A stretch of DNA of 64,000 nt from Squalus acanthias (Eukaryota). The stretch lies in assembly GCA_030390025.1 (NCBI GenBank), contig CM059432.1, positions 81,160,001 to 81,224,000 on the forward strand, written 5' to 3'. A program made the translations under genes and the position numbers. Positions within the stretch are counted from its first letter, which is position 1. Each line of letters begins with the position of its first letter. Of the stretch, positions 1 through 10,959 are shown piece after piece. The notes beneath the pieces were generated by a model, which saw only the letters and a program-made list of their open reading frames with translations, searched no databases and was not told the origin of the DNA.

Positions 1-491
1 TAGTCCAAGGATATAATTTTTAAAAAATATTTGCAAAATGTGTTTCAAATAAAGATAAACAGTTTGGATTTGGGAACCAAGTACTCTGATCTGGCTGCTT
101 TGATCTAAAAATAGTATTGCTTCCTATTTTGAAAGCCATAAGATAAGCTCAAAGCATGCAACTCAGAGGACTTGCTCCTTGTAAAGGGCACCTTGTATTA
201 CAATTGTTTAGCTTTGCTGCAAAAAATAGAAGAAATCTACAGCAGAAAATTGCACGGTTATACTGGATAATAAGAGCTATAAGCAGCCTGCTTGTTTGAG
301 TATGTAACCAAATTCTCCACAATAATTTTCAATACTTTTCTCAGATGCACACTTTAGTGCACCTCTCATAATTTTTGTCAGTGTTTGTTACTCCTCCTTC
401 CCCCTTATTGGGATGCTTTGTTAAAGGTGGTATGTAAGTTGCTGTATTTAATAGAATTGAAATGTACCACAAAATGGAGATATAATTTCTT

Positions 492-3158
492 CAGGATATT
501 AGCTCTGATGATGTGGAATCTGTATGGGTAGAGCTGAGAAATACCAAGGAGCAGAAAATGTTAGTGGGAGTTGTATATAGACCCCCCAAACAGTAATGCT
601 GAGGTTGGGGATGGCATTAAACGGGAAATTAGAGACGCGTGCAATAAGGGCACAGCAGTTATCATGGGTGACTTTAATCTACATATAGATTGGGCTAACC
701 AAATTAGTAACAATACTGCGGAGGAGGAATTCCTAGAGTGTATACGGGATGGTTTCCTGGACCAATATGTCGAGGAACCAACTAGAGATCAGGCCATCTT
801 AGACTGGGTATTATGTAATGAGAAAGGATTAATTAGCAATCTTGTTGTGCGAGGCCCCTTGGGGAGGAGCGATCATAATATGATAGAATTCTTCATTAAG
901 ATGGAGAGTGAAGTAGTTGACTCAGAGACTAGGGTCCTGAATTTAAATAAAGGAAACTATGATGGTATGAGGCGCGAGTTGACTAGGATGGATTGGGGAG
1001 CGTTACTTAAAGGGTTGACAGTGGATAGGCAATGGCAAACATTTAAAGATCGCATGGATGAACTACAGAATTTGTTCATCCCTGTTTGGCATAAAAATAA
1101 AACAAAAAAGGTGACTCAACCGTGGCTAACAAGGGAAATTAGGGATAGCATAAGATCCAAGGAGAGGATATATAAATTGGCCAGAAAAAGCAGCAAACCT
1201 GAGGATTGGGAGCAGTTTAGGATTCAGCAAAGGAGGACAAAGGGATTAATTAAGAGGGGGAAAATAGAGTGAGAGAGTAAGCTTTCAGGGAACATAAAAA
1301 CTGACTGTAAAAGCTTCTATAGATATGTGAAGAGAAAAAGATTGGTGAAGTCAAGCGTAGGTCCCTTGCAGTCAGAATCAGGGGAATTTATAATGGGGAA
1401 CAAAGAAATGGCTGACGAATTAAATACATACTTTGGTTCTGTCTTCACAAAGGAGGACACAAATAAACTCCCAGAGATGTCGGGGAACATAGGGTCTAAT
1501 GAGAGGGAGGCATTGAATGAAATCAGTATTTGTAGGGAAATGGTGTTCGGGAAATTGACGGGATTGAAGGCCGATAAATCCCCAGGGCCTGATAATCTAC
1601 ATCCTAGGGTACTTAAGGAAGTGGGCCTAGAAATAGTAGATGCATTGCTGGTCATCTTCCAAAATTCTATAGACTCTGGAACAGTTCCCATGGATTGGAG
1701 GGTAGCTAATGTAACCCCACTATTTAAAAAAGGTGGTGGAGAAAAAACGGGGAATTATACGAATTATAAGCCTGACATCGGTAGTGGGCAAAATGCTAGA
1801 GTCCATCATAAAAGATGTAATAGCAGAGCACTTGGAAAACAGTGACAGGATCGGACAAAGTCAACATGGATTTACAAAAGGGAAATCATGCCTGACTAAT
1901 CTACTGGAATTTTTTGAGGATATAACTGGTACAATAGATAAGGGAGAAACAGTGGATGTGGTGTATTTGGACTTTCAGAAGGCTTTCGATAAGGTCCCGC
2001 ATAAGAGATTAGCGTGCAAAGTTAAAGCACATGGGATTGGGGGTAAGGTACTGATTTGGATAGAGAACTGGTTGGCAGACAGGAAGCAAAGAGTTGGAAT
2101 AAATGGGTCTTTTTCCGAGTGGCAGGCAGTGACTAGTGGGGTACCACATGGATCGGTCCTAGGACCCCAGCTATTCACAATATATATTAATGATCTAGAC
2201 GAGGGAACTAGATGTAATATCTCTAAGTTTGCAGACGACACAAGCTGGGTGGGCGTGTGTGCTGTGAGGAGGATGCAGAGAAATTCCAGTATGATTTGGA
2301 CAGGTTGGGTGATTGGGCAGATGCATGGCAGATGCAGTATAATGTGGATAAATGCGAGGTTATCCACTTTGGTGGCAAAAACAGGAAGACAGATTATTAT
2401 CTGAACGGCAATAGATTGGGAAAAGGGGAAGTGCAACGAGATCTGGGAGTCCTTGTGCACCAGTCGCTGAAGGTAAGCATGCAGGTGCAGCAGGCGGTTA
2501 AGAAGGCAAATGGTATGTTGGCCTTTATAGCGAGAGGATTCGAGTACGGGAGCAAGGATGTCTTGCTGCAGTTGTACAAGGCCTTGGTGAGACCACACTT
2601 TGAGTATTGTGTGCAGTTTTGGTCGCCTTATCTGAGGAAGGATGTTCTTGCCATCGAGGGAGTGCAGCGAAGATTCACCAGACTGATACCTGGGATGGCA
2701 GGAATGACGTATGAAGAGAGATTGGGTCGATTAGGCTTATATTCGCTAGAGTTTAGAAGAATGAGATGGGATCTCATTGAAACTTATAAAATTCTAACAG
2801 GACTAGACAGACTAGATGCAGGAAGGATGTTCCCGATGGCGGGGGAGTCCAGAACCAGAGGTCGCAGTCTAAGGATAAGGGGTAAGCCATTTAGGACTGA
2901 GATGAGGAGGAATTTCTTCACCCAGAGACTGGTGAACCTGTGGAATTCTCTACCACAGAAGGCAGTTGAGGCCAATTCATTAAATATATTCAAGAAGGAG
3001 TTAGATATATTTCTTAAGGCTAAAGGGATCAAGGGATATGGGGAGAAAGCAGGGACAGGGTACTGAATTTGGATGATCAGCCATGATCTCATTAAATGGC
3101 GGAGCAGGCTCGAGGGGCCGAATGGCCTGCTCCTGCTCCTATCTTCTATGCTTCTGTG
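492..3158 (+). mobile_element. CR1-clade LINE, 5'-truncated, ORF2 (APE endonuclease + RT) broken by a stop and frameshifts
   Basis: ORFs 571-3066 carry APE motifs (MGDFN, ILDWVL, SDH) and RT motifs ([28 protein letters not shown]). The CR1-type 3' tail ends in CTATCTTCTATGCTTCT. Confidence 0.95.
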
Positions 3159-3659
3159 TGTAACCTCAAAAGAAAATTTATTTTACTAATCTTAGTGATA
3201 TAATTTTCTCTATCTTCACACACAAAGGAAACTTTTAGGGGGAATATTGCACTTTTTGCTTCTGATGCAGAACTTCTTGCTGGAAGTGCATATTAGGCAG
3301 CCTGCCAGATTTTCCATCCGTTTAAATTAACGGACAGGAAGTTGTGCATGTGTCTAACAGGCACATGTTCCTCTACGCCCAATATTCTGATATGTATTCT
3401 TGACATGAGATGCTCTGTGACCTGAGTGCAGAAGCGAAAATCCGCTCTTTGCTGCCATGACTTTATAAGAAATAGCTTCAAGTTTTACTGTTCACAGTGA
3501 GGTCTATCTGTAGTGACCACAACTTCATATGGTCTTTGCAGGGGTGGTTTCCTAATACATGTTCGTCTCTTAGCTCATTAATAAATTATTGAGGCTTAAC
3601 TTTAGATTTTCAATGTAAGTTTTTGTTAGAAAGAAAATAAATATATATTTCAAATATAA

Positions 3660-3692
3660 ATGTGTGTATAGATATATATATATATATATATA
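3660..3692. repeat. (TG)/(TA)n microsatellite
   Basis: Directly visible dinucleotide run. Confidence 0.9.
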
Positions 3693-4039
3693 CATAAAAT
3701 ATATTTTATAGTAAATCTAATTATTGCAGATCCTCTGAGTTTAAAACAAATCAGGGCCTACATCTTCTGCTTGAGTTAGGCTGTTTCCCTGTCTCTACCA
3801 CATTCTACATTTTGCATTGTAAATAATGTCATATGAAGTATTCCCATCAACTCTTCTGCATGTCTCTGAGCTGTGGAGGATGAAATTTAATTTTAAATCC
3901 GCCGAAAAGAATTGAATCAGTTGGAGGTGATAAATTAAACTCCCCAGCCCCGCAATTTGAAAAAACATAAAAACAAATCTCTGCCTTTTTTCAGCTGTTT
4001 CTTGGACATATTGTAACCATTCTCCAGCTGCTCCCAGGC

Positions 4040-4393
4040 AGGTGCAGTACAGAGGGAGTGCTGCACTCTCGGAGGTACTGTCTTTCAGATGAGATGTTAA
4101 ACCGAGGCCTCATCTGCCCTTTCAGGTGGACATAGAAGATCCCATGGCACTATTCGAAGAAGAGCAGGAGAGTTCTTCGGGTGTCCTGGCCAGAAATAAT
4201 CTCTCAATCGACATCACTAAAAAACAGGTTATCTAGTCATATATCTCATTGCTGTTTGGAATCTTGCTGTGTGCAATGACTACATTTCTTACATTACAAC
4301 AGTGACTACACTTCAAAAATACTTAATTGACTGTGAAATGCCTTGGGATGTCCAGACCAGGTGAAAGATCCTATATAAATTCAAGTTCTTTCT
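4040..4393 (+). mobile_element. Deu-domain SINE (SacSINE1/AmnSINE1-like), head truncated
   Basis: Core GATCCCATGGCACTATTCGAAGAAGAGCAGG...GTGTCCTGGCC...CATTGCTGTTT and tail TATATAAATTCAAGTTCTTTCT; matches the other copies in the window. Confidence 0.85.
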
Positions 4394-5011
4394 GTTGCCT
4401 TTCTATTGCAGGACTACTTCAAATGAAAGTGTTTTGATAATATTCTGAAGCTGTTGGTTCTGTGAAATGGTAAATGGCCTAGAATCCACAGCACTATTGA
4501 CAACCTACACAATTATTTGAGAGTTGTAAGTTCAACCCATTGGCTGGACAAGGTCTGTAATAGTCAGTTAGGATCTGGTGATCCCTGCCCTGGTGAGCTG
4601 AGCTCGTGTGTGGACCACAACTAGAAACATTAACAGCCACATTGCTGGCAGAAACATTTATATTTGTGAATAGAGGCATTGCTACCTCTTGAAGCAGCTC
4701 TTGTTGCATCTTGAATCAGCAATGCCTCCTTATATAGTTTACAGTGGTGCTGCTGAAGTCACAATTGCTTTTAGCACTAGTGGAGTAACTTAAAGGGTTG
4801 TTACTTCCATTAAGTAATCGAGTTGTAACATGAAGGAGTTTCACTTGAACCAGAATTATTTCATCGAACAGCTGAGGTGATGTGTAAATGACATTGCTAA
4901 TGAGGCTGATGTAGCAGACTCTCAATATTCAGGTAAGAGGCTGATTACTGATAACCGGACAGTTTAAGACATTTTATGACTAGAATGTAATCCTTTTAGG
5001 CTTTTCCTAAA

Positions 5012-5205
5012 TTGACATCACTAAAAAAAAGATTCTCTGTCATTATCACATTGCTGATTTGTGGGAGCTTGCTGTGTGCAAATTGGCTGCAGCGTTTCCT
5101 ACATTACAGCAGTGACTACACTTCAAAAAGTACTTAATTGGCTGTAAAGCGCTTTGGGACGTCCGGTGGTCATGAAAGGCTCTATATAACTGCAAGTCTT
5201 TCTTT
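5012..5205 (+). mobile_element. Deu-domain SINE 3' fragment
   Basis: CATTGCTGATTTGTGGGAGCTTGCTGTGTGCAAATTGGCTGC...TGAAAGGCTCTATATAACTGCAAGTC. Confidence 0.85.
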
Positions 5206-5729
5206 ATTTTCTTTCCAACAAATGTTCCTAACAAGAGTCAACAGGCATGCTTGTCAGGGATTTATTCAGTTTTCATTTATTTATAGGTTAATTACTACCT
5301 TATACTTCACAATGCTTTTGGGGCTCAGTGGAGATGAAACTAATCTTTGTGTTCACACTGGACAAATTGCATTGGACAGTAGGTTCTTTGCAGCTCAGTA
5401 ATGGGCTACATACAGCTCTTCTGTTGCTGAAAAGCAACCCTTTCAATATGATTAATGGTAGTGCAGCTCTCTGATTGGGCAGTTGCAGCAGACAAACAAG
5501 ATTCACTCAGACATTGGGAAGCAGAATTTTTTATGGTCCAGAGTTTTCAAGGGAGTGGGGCTGGAGCTTCGATGGGATGGGGCCAGCACTTATGAGCAAG
5601 ACTGCAGCGGAACTGGCATTTTCTAAAGAGGGGAAAGCATCAGTCAATGTGCTGATCAGGCAGCAGCATCAAGAGAGTAGCAGCATTGAGGGAGGAGCAG
5701 CTAGCAAACCAGGTAATTTTGCTATGGAT

Positions 5730-5929
5730 CAAGGTTTATAAATCACTGGTTAGGCCTCAACTGGAGTATTGTGTCCACTTCTGGTCACCACACTATAGGA
5801 AGGATGTGAAGGCATTGGCGAGGTTGCAGAGGAGATTTACTGGAATGGTACCAGGGCTGAGGGACTTCAGTTATGTGGAGAAATTAGGGAAATTGGGAAT
5901 GTTCTCCTTAGAGCAGAGAAGGTTAAAGG
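5730..5929 (+). mobile_element. CR1 ORF2 C-terminal fragment, cut by the ERV LTR
   Basis: YKSLVRPQLEYCVHFWSPHYRKD...FSLEQRRLK ends exactly at the LTR terminus. Confidence 0.85.
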
Positions 5930-6551
5930 TGTTAGGGAGAAATTATTTCACTCCAGTCTGTTGATAGGTAAAAGCAAAAACAGTTTATTTAATATTCAGA
6001 GATCCCTGGGAGAAGCGTCACAGACCTTGCTCAGCCTGGTGACTACAACTTCTCGACCTCCCGTTGTCAATGACAACCTTTTATTGAAGAGTTGTCCAAT
6101 CACATAGTTACAAAATATCACATGATTACAAGTATGTCAATTCAAACTTAAACAATTAATTTGTTATATTCTAAACAATTTATGTCAGTTCAAACTAAAT
6201 CATTAATTCGTTATATTTCAATTCAAACTAAATAATTATGTTGATTCAAACTAAACAGTTATGTCGATTCAAACTAAACCATTAATTCGTTATATTCTTA
6301 TCTCTGTCAGTTACAAACTAAAAGCATTAATGACGTATATATGCAGTCTGTGTAGAGGCCCTGTGTCTGGCTTTTACAGTCGTCTATTGTATTATGGCCT
6401 TGGATGTTGCTAAGTATCACAACTCTCAACCAGGCCTTATCTTCCACCTGGGCTCTTCTATTTCATACAGAAACGAGAAATTATTTGTTTTAATTTAACA
6501 TGAGTTCAAATTAACTCTTTCACTCCCCATTAACTCTTTCACTCCCCTACA
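5930..6551 (-). repeat. ERV 3' LTR (about 620 bp)
   Basis: The minus strand starts TGTAGGGGAG and ends CTCCCTAACA (TG...CA with short inverted termini). A purine tract GAAAGGAGGGAA (6552-6563) precedes it, AATAAA lies near 5984-5989, and tandem TTCAAACTAAA-containing repeats lie at about 6135-6300. Confidence 0.85.
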
Positions 6552-6709
6552 TTCCCTCCTTTCGGTCCCGTACCAAATTAAAAATTCTGGTCAGGGATAC
6601 CGACTTCTTTCCCACATTTATCATCCCCGGATTATATCTGTGTTGATAAATTCGCCTCTCCCTTCTATCTATCCTTGGTGTCGGGTGTCTGTATGAAAAG
6701 AAAAGAGCT

Positions 6710-6883
6710 TTACATATAGATACCCTGTAGTGGCTGTTCATTGCTTGGTTCAATAGTGACTACAGCAAGCGGCATCATTCTGTCCATAGCTGCCTTACAA
6801 CATGCATTTAAAATCATCAATGTAACACAGAATGCTATTCCAATTACAAGAATAATTATCAGTCCATGCATCAAATATGAAAC
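6710..6883 (-). pseudogene. env: env TM subunit: membrane anchor and cytoplasmic tail (part distal to the Penelope insertion)
   Basis: VSYLMHGLIIILVIGIAFCVTLMILNACC...GIYM* continues in frame from ...GGSWVSYL across the TSD. Confidence 0.85.
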
Positions 6884-8031
6884 GGAGCAAGTTCGAGCAA
6901 GACTTCTTCGCTGCACAGGACCTCCAGCCAACGCTGTACACCAGATACATCGACGACATTTTCTTCCTTTGGACCCATGGCGAAGGATCACTGAAAAGAC
7001 TACACGATAACATAAACAAGTTCCATCCCACCATCAAACTCACCATGGACTACTCCTCAGAATCGGTTTCATTCCTGGACACACGAATCTCCATCAAAGA
7101 CGGACACCTCAGCACTTCACTCTACCGCAAGCCCACGGACAACCTCACGATGCTCCACTTCTCCAGCTTCCACCCTAACCATGTTAAAGAAGCCATCCCC
7201 TATGGACAAGCCCTGCGAATACACAGGATCTGCTCAGACGAGGAGGAACGCGATGGACACCTACGGACGCTGAAAAACGCCCTCGTAAGAACGGGATATG
7301 ACGCTCGACTCATCGATCGACAGTTCCGACGGGCCACAGCGAAAAATCGCATAGACCTCCTCAGAAGGCAAACACGGGACACAACCAACAGGGTACCCTA
7401 CGTCGTCCAGTACTTCCCCGGAGCGGAGAAACTACGCCATGTTCTTCGCAGCCTTCAACATGTCATCGATGACGACAAACACCTCGCTAAGGCCATCCCC
7501 ACGCCTCCACTACTTGCCTTCAAACAGCCGCCTAACCTCAGAAGTACCATCGTTCGCAGCAAATTACCCAGCTTTCAGGATAACAGCGACCACGACACCA
7601 CACAACCCTGCCAAGGCAAACTCTGCAAGACATGCCAGATCATCAACACAGATACCACCATCACACGTGAGGACACTAACCACCAGGTACATGGTACATA
7701 CTCATGTGACTCGGCCAACGTTGTCTACCTCATACGTTGCAGGAAAGAATGCACCGCGGCATGGTACATCGGCGAGACCATGCAGACACTGAGACAACGT
7801 ATGAACGAGCACCGCGCAACAATCGCCAGGCAGGATTGTTACCTCCCAGTCGGGGAACACTTCAGCAGTCAAGGACATTCAGCCTCGGATCTGCGGGTAA
7901 GCGTTCTCCAAGGCAACCTTAGAAACACACGACAACGCAAAATCATCGAGCAGAAACTGATAGCCAAGTTCCGCACTCATGAAGACGGTCTCAACCGGGA
8001 TCTTGGGTTTATGTCACGATACATGACGTGA
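6884..8031 (+). CDS. Penelope RT C-terminal half, Cys-rich linker and GIY-YIG endonuclease (open but 5'-truncated)
   Basis: RYIDDIF, FLD, LYRKPT, HP..VK, CQGKLCKTC, VVYLIRC...WYIGET...LRQRMNEH, GLN. The ATG in the ORF track comes from the target site. Confidence 0.9.
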
Positions 8032-8361
8032 TCCGGACTCGAGTCGTCGTTGGCTTGTTCACAGATGTGATTCCCAGTAAAAAAGTAAAAATTTTCCCAG
8101 TAAAAAAGTAAAAATTTTAAAGCTTTTCGTTTTACATACAGACGGCAGCTTTTGACACGTTAGAACCCCTGCGACTACACCTCATTGTCTCAGTTGTATC
8201 TTGCTATGTCTTTGATGTGGTACCTTCCTGGCTGACTTGATTAACTTTATCACACCTCGGCAGATAGTCAGGATGATTTAATTTAGTGGTCTGCAATTGT
8301 AAGGTACACATGCTTTGTTCTCTATCTATATATGCTTTGGCGATTCTGTATCTAATTTACT

Positions 8362-8403
8362 TCACCTGAGGAAGGGGCAATCGATAGCTCCGAAAGCTTG
8401 TGA
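8362..8403 (+). ncRNA. Minimal type I hammerhead ribozyme
   Basis: TCAC-CTGAGGA-A-GGGGC(AATCGATA)GCTCC-GAAA-GCTT-GTGA: CUGANGA and GAAA cores, stem I TCAC/GTGA, stem II GGGGC/GCTCC, palindromic AAGCTT stem III. Confidence 0.8.
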
Positions 8404-8448
8404 TTTCAAATAAAACTGTTGGACTATAACCTGGTGTTGTGCGACCTC

Positions 8449-9224
8449 TCAAATATGAAACCCATGATCCCCCAAACAACCATTCCCACCAGTTTGCTCC
8501 TGCGGTTTCGTTTAACTTCCGAACTTCCCTCTGTATGTGCTCAGCCAAATCAGTTATATTTTCTGAACTGTCAGGAATGTATGTACAGCACTCTGTCCCA
8601 ATCAATGCACATGTTCCCCCTTTTTCTGCTAGGAGGTAATCAAGTGCCATTCGGTTCTGTAGCGTCAATGTTCTTATCGCTACCATCTCGGCGTTAATGT
8701 CTATTAGAGCTTCTGCTGTATCATTCCCAACCTGTTCTAAAACCTCTGCCAACAACCGTATCTCTTTAATAGCTCTCGCGACTCCGTATGGGGGTAGATA
8801 GATCGCGAAGTATCTTTCAGACTCAGTAATCTCTCGTTTATAACGATAGGCTGGGTGTTCCTTGAGGTTTAGGCAGTGATGTACAAAGGGTACGACATAC
8901 CCCAATGAAGTAAGTGTTATTATAGGCTTCATACCTACTCCATATGTTATTCATTATCATGATTTTACCCTTCCATGGCCCCCCCCACTGGTCATGTTTG
9001 GAATTGTTTCCGAGATTCCACGTCCCATCCGTGAAGGTTGCACCACCGTACCCACTCCTGGTCACCTTTAATTCATATTTCTGCTCGCATTTACTCCAAC
9101 CCAATGTGAAGCAAATCAGAATGATGCATAATGCCCAGACCAATCCCCTTACCCATTCCCATTCTGTATACGGTATCCACTCTTCCTCACTCCTTATACC
9201 CGGTGTTTGTTTTGTTGCGTCCAT
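8449..9224 (-). pseudogene. env: env: signal peptide, very short frameshifted SU, furin site and TM ectodomain
   Basis: Hydrophobic leader LVWALCIILICFTLGWS, RYKR cleavage site, immunosuppressive domain LQNRMALDYLLAEKGG, and CX6CC (CALIGTECC). Confidence 0.92.
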
Positions 9225-9226
9225 TT

Positions 9227-9655
9227 CTACACTGGTGAAGGGTTATAGGTCTTAGCTGGGTCCAGTGTTTCCACCTTCCCATTCCCTTTTTTATCAATAC
9301 AGGCACACATGTCTCCACTGATAAGGGCTTGATAAGGACCGGACCACCTTGGGGCAAACCCCTGCTTTGCAGGCAGGACCTTAACCATTACTTTCGTTCC
9401 TGCAGAGGGAACGTTTGTTAACGCAGTCAAGTCTAAATTTTTATCCTTTTCTTCCTGTCTTTCTCTAACCTGCTGTCTCATTTCTTTTAACTGCTTGCTT
9501 AATTCAAGGACATACCGGCGGATCCTGTCCTGTAAGGGTCCTAGTTCCTCTCCTCCCGTTATGGTTCCATGCTCGCCCTGTCATTAATTCAGAGGGAGAT
9601 AAGCCTGTCGTTCGATTAGGGATAGCTCGTAATTTCATCAGGACTGCGGGCATTG
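9227..9655 (-). pseudogene. pol: Retroviral integrase C-terminal fragment
   Basis: PAVLMKLRAIPNRTTGLSPSELMTGR and GPY/F-type FAPRWSGPYQ; frameshifted. Confidence 0.85.
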
Positions 9656-9857
9656 GTAGGGGTCCCGTAAAGTATTTGTTTTGTTTTCCCAGGGACCCCT
9701 TACTCAAATTCAATTCATTGTTCCGGTGTTCCAATTCTGCCCCGCCTGGGGTATCCTCTGTTTCTTCTATCTTTCCTGATGTTACCCCGCCTGGGGTCTC
9801 CTCTACATTGCTTTGGATCTTCTCTTTTGGTGTGCTCAATTAATTTGTTGGTGCTGG

Positions 9858-10380
9858 TTAGTCATAGGCATGAGTACCCAATTGGCTTACGTATCTTACT
9901 ACATAGGTTAGATATATCAAATACACTATCATTACAAGTTGGAGAACTACCAGAGCGTGTGAAATAATACAAATCTAAGGGTGTGCTGATATATTAAGCT
10001 CAATATCCCACCAGTGTGAGTTGTCCTCTATGCTGTCAATTTCAATATCTATTCTCGAGTTGTCTTCCTCCAAAACATAAAAATGCTTTAGGGAGGAGTT
10101 CAGTCGCATCATGAGCTCACTGGTACCCTTAGACAACAGGGGAATGTAGTATCCGAATTGTGCCACATAATTGTGTAGCTCATATTTAAAAACGTGTTGG
10201 TTGATGGGACAGGTCCTGTTAGACCCATAAAGCATGGTAATTGCGGTAGTGGTGACACAGGAGGCACCACCAAAATCACCTCATACTGGATTCGTACTGG
10301 TTTTCCCCACGCTCTGTTACCTACAAAACACAATTATTACAGTCACAGTTAAATTCAGTCTTACAATCATTTCAAGCGAC
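9858..10380 (-). pseudogene. Possible second membrane-anchored glycoprotein remnant inside the ERV
   Basis: The frame of ORF 9975-10235 continues through a TAG into ICIISHALVVLQLVMIVYLIYLTYVV (TM-like). It is preceded by a helical segment, HWWD and N-glycosylation sequons (NRT, NSS, NIS). Confidence 0.45.
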
Positions 10381-10959
10381 ATTACAGTTTAACATCTAGT
10401 CAACAAATCATGGACTTAAAAGATTCTCCAGATCTCTCTTTTACTCATATCCATCTTGTGGATAATTCTTACTAAACATGATTTCTCCTTAGCCCTCAAT
10501 TGTCCCAATCCAGATTCCATGTAACTCTCCACTTCAACTTCAATTTCAATCCCTCTAACAGGTACCAGTGTATTTAACTCTATTCTGATTGTTTCATTAA
10601 TTAGATAGTTTCTCGACGGAGTATGTGTCAATGCTTTAAAAGTTGTCTCGCTCTCCTGAACCACATTAACCATTTCATGTTTTGCTGTTATCAAGTAACT
10701 GAGCATGTCTGAGACCCGTTCTTCAGTGCAGATTCAACATACATTCCCGGATGGCAACTGCCTCACGTAACAAATCACATTTGCACACTCATATCGGTAT
10801 CTCCACATCATGCCACATGTGCCTTTCTCGGGCTTTCAGGTATCTTATCAAAAGATTGTCTGGAGGTCTTTGTTCATCTTCCTCTGCATGGTCCCGATGT
10901 CTTGGATAGTGGCCAGGCTATCAAATTCAGGTTTCTTAAAAACACTGATGTCACTGCAT

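Larger units (their letters stand above)
6884..8448 (+). mobile_element. Penelope-like element (Neptune-type), 5'-truncated, with 13-bp TSD
   Basis: TCAAATATGAAAC occurs at 6871-6883 and 8449-8461. It contains an RT + GIY-YIG ORF and a 3' region with a hammerhead and AATAAA. Confidence 0.93.
5930..10910 (-). mobile_element. Class I (gamma/epsilon-type) endogenous retrovirus remnant: unknown ORFs, integrase C-terminal part, env, PPT, 3' LTR; gag/pro/RT and 5' LTR not seen
   Basis: Minus-strand gene order is IN, env, PPT, LTR. The right boundary is approximate. Confidence 0.8.

Noticed and set aside
1317..2598. Long antisense ORFs over CR1 (also 13390-14710, 16231-16878 and similar)
   Set aside because: These are shadow frames of LINE coding sequence that recur only because the repeats are homologous.
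4494..4925. Two short minus-strand ORFs as a host gene or old transposon
   Set aside because: Separated by a stop, with no diagnostic motif; left uncalled.
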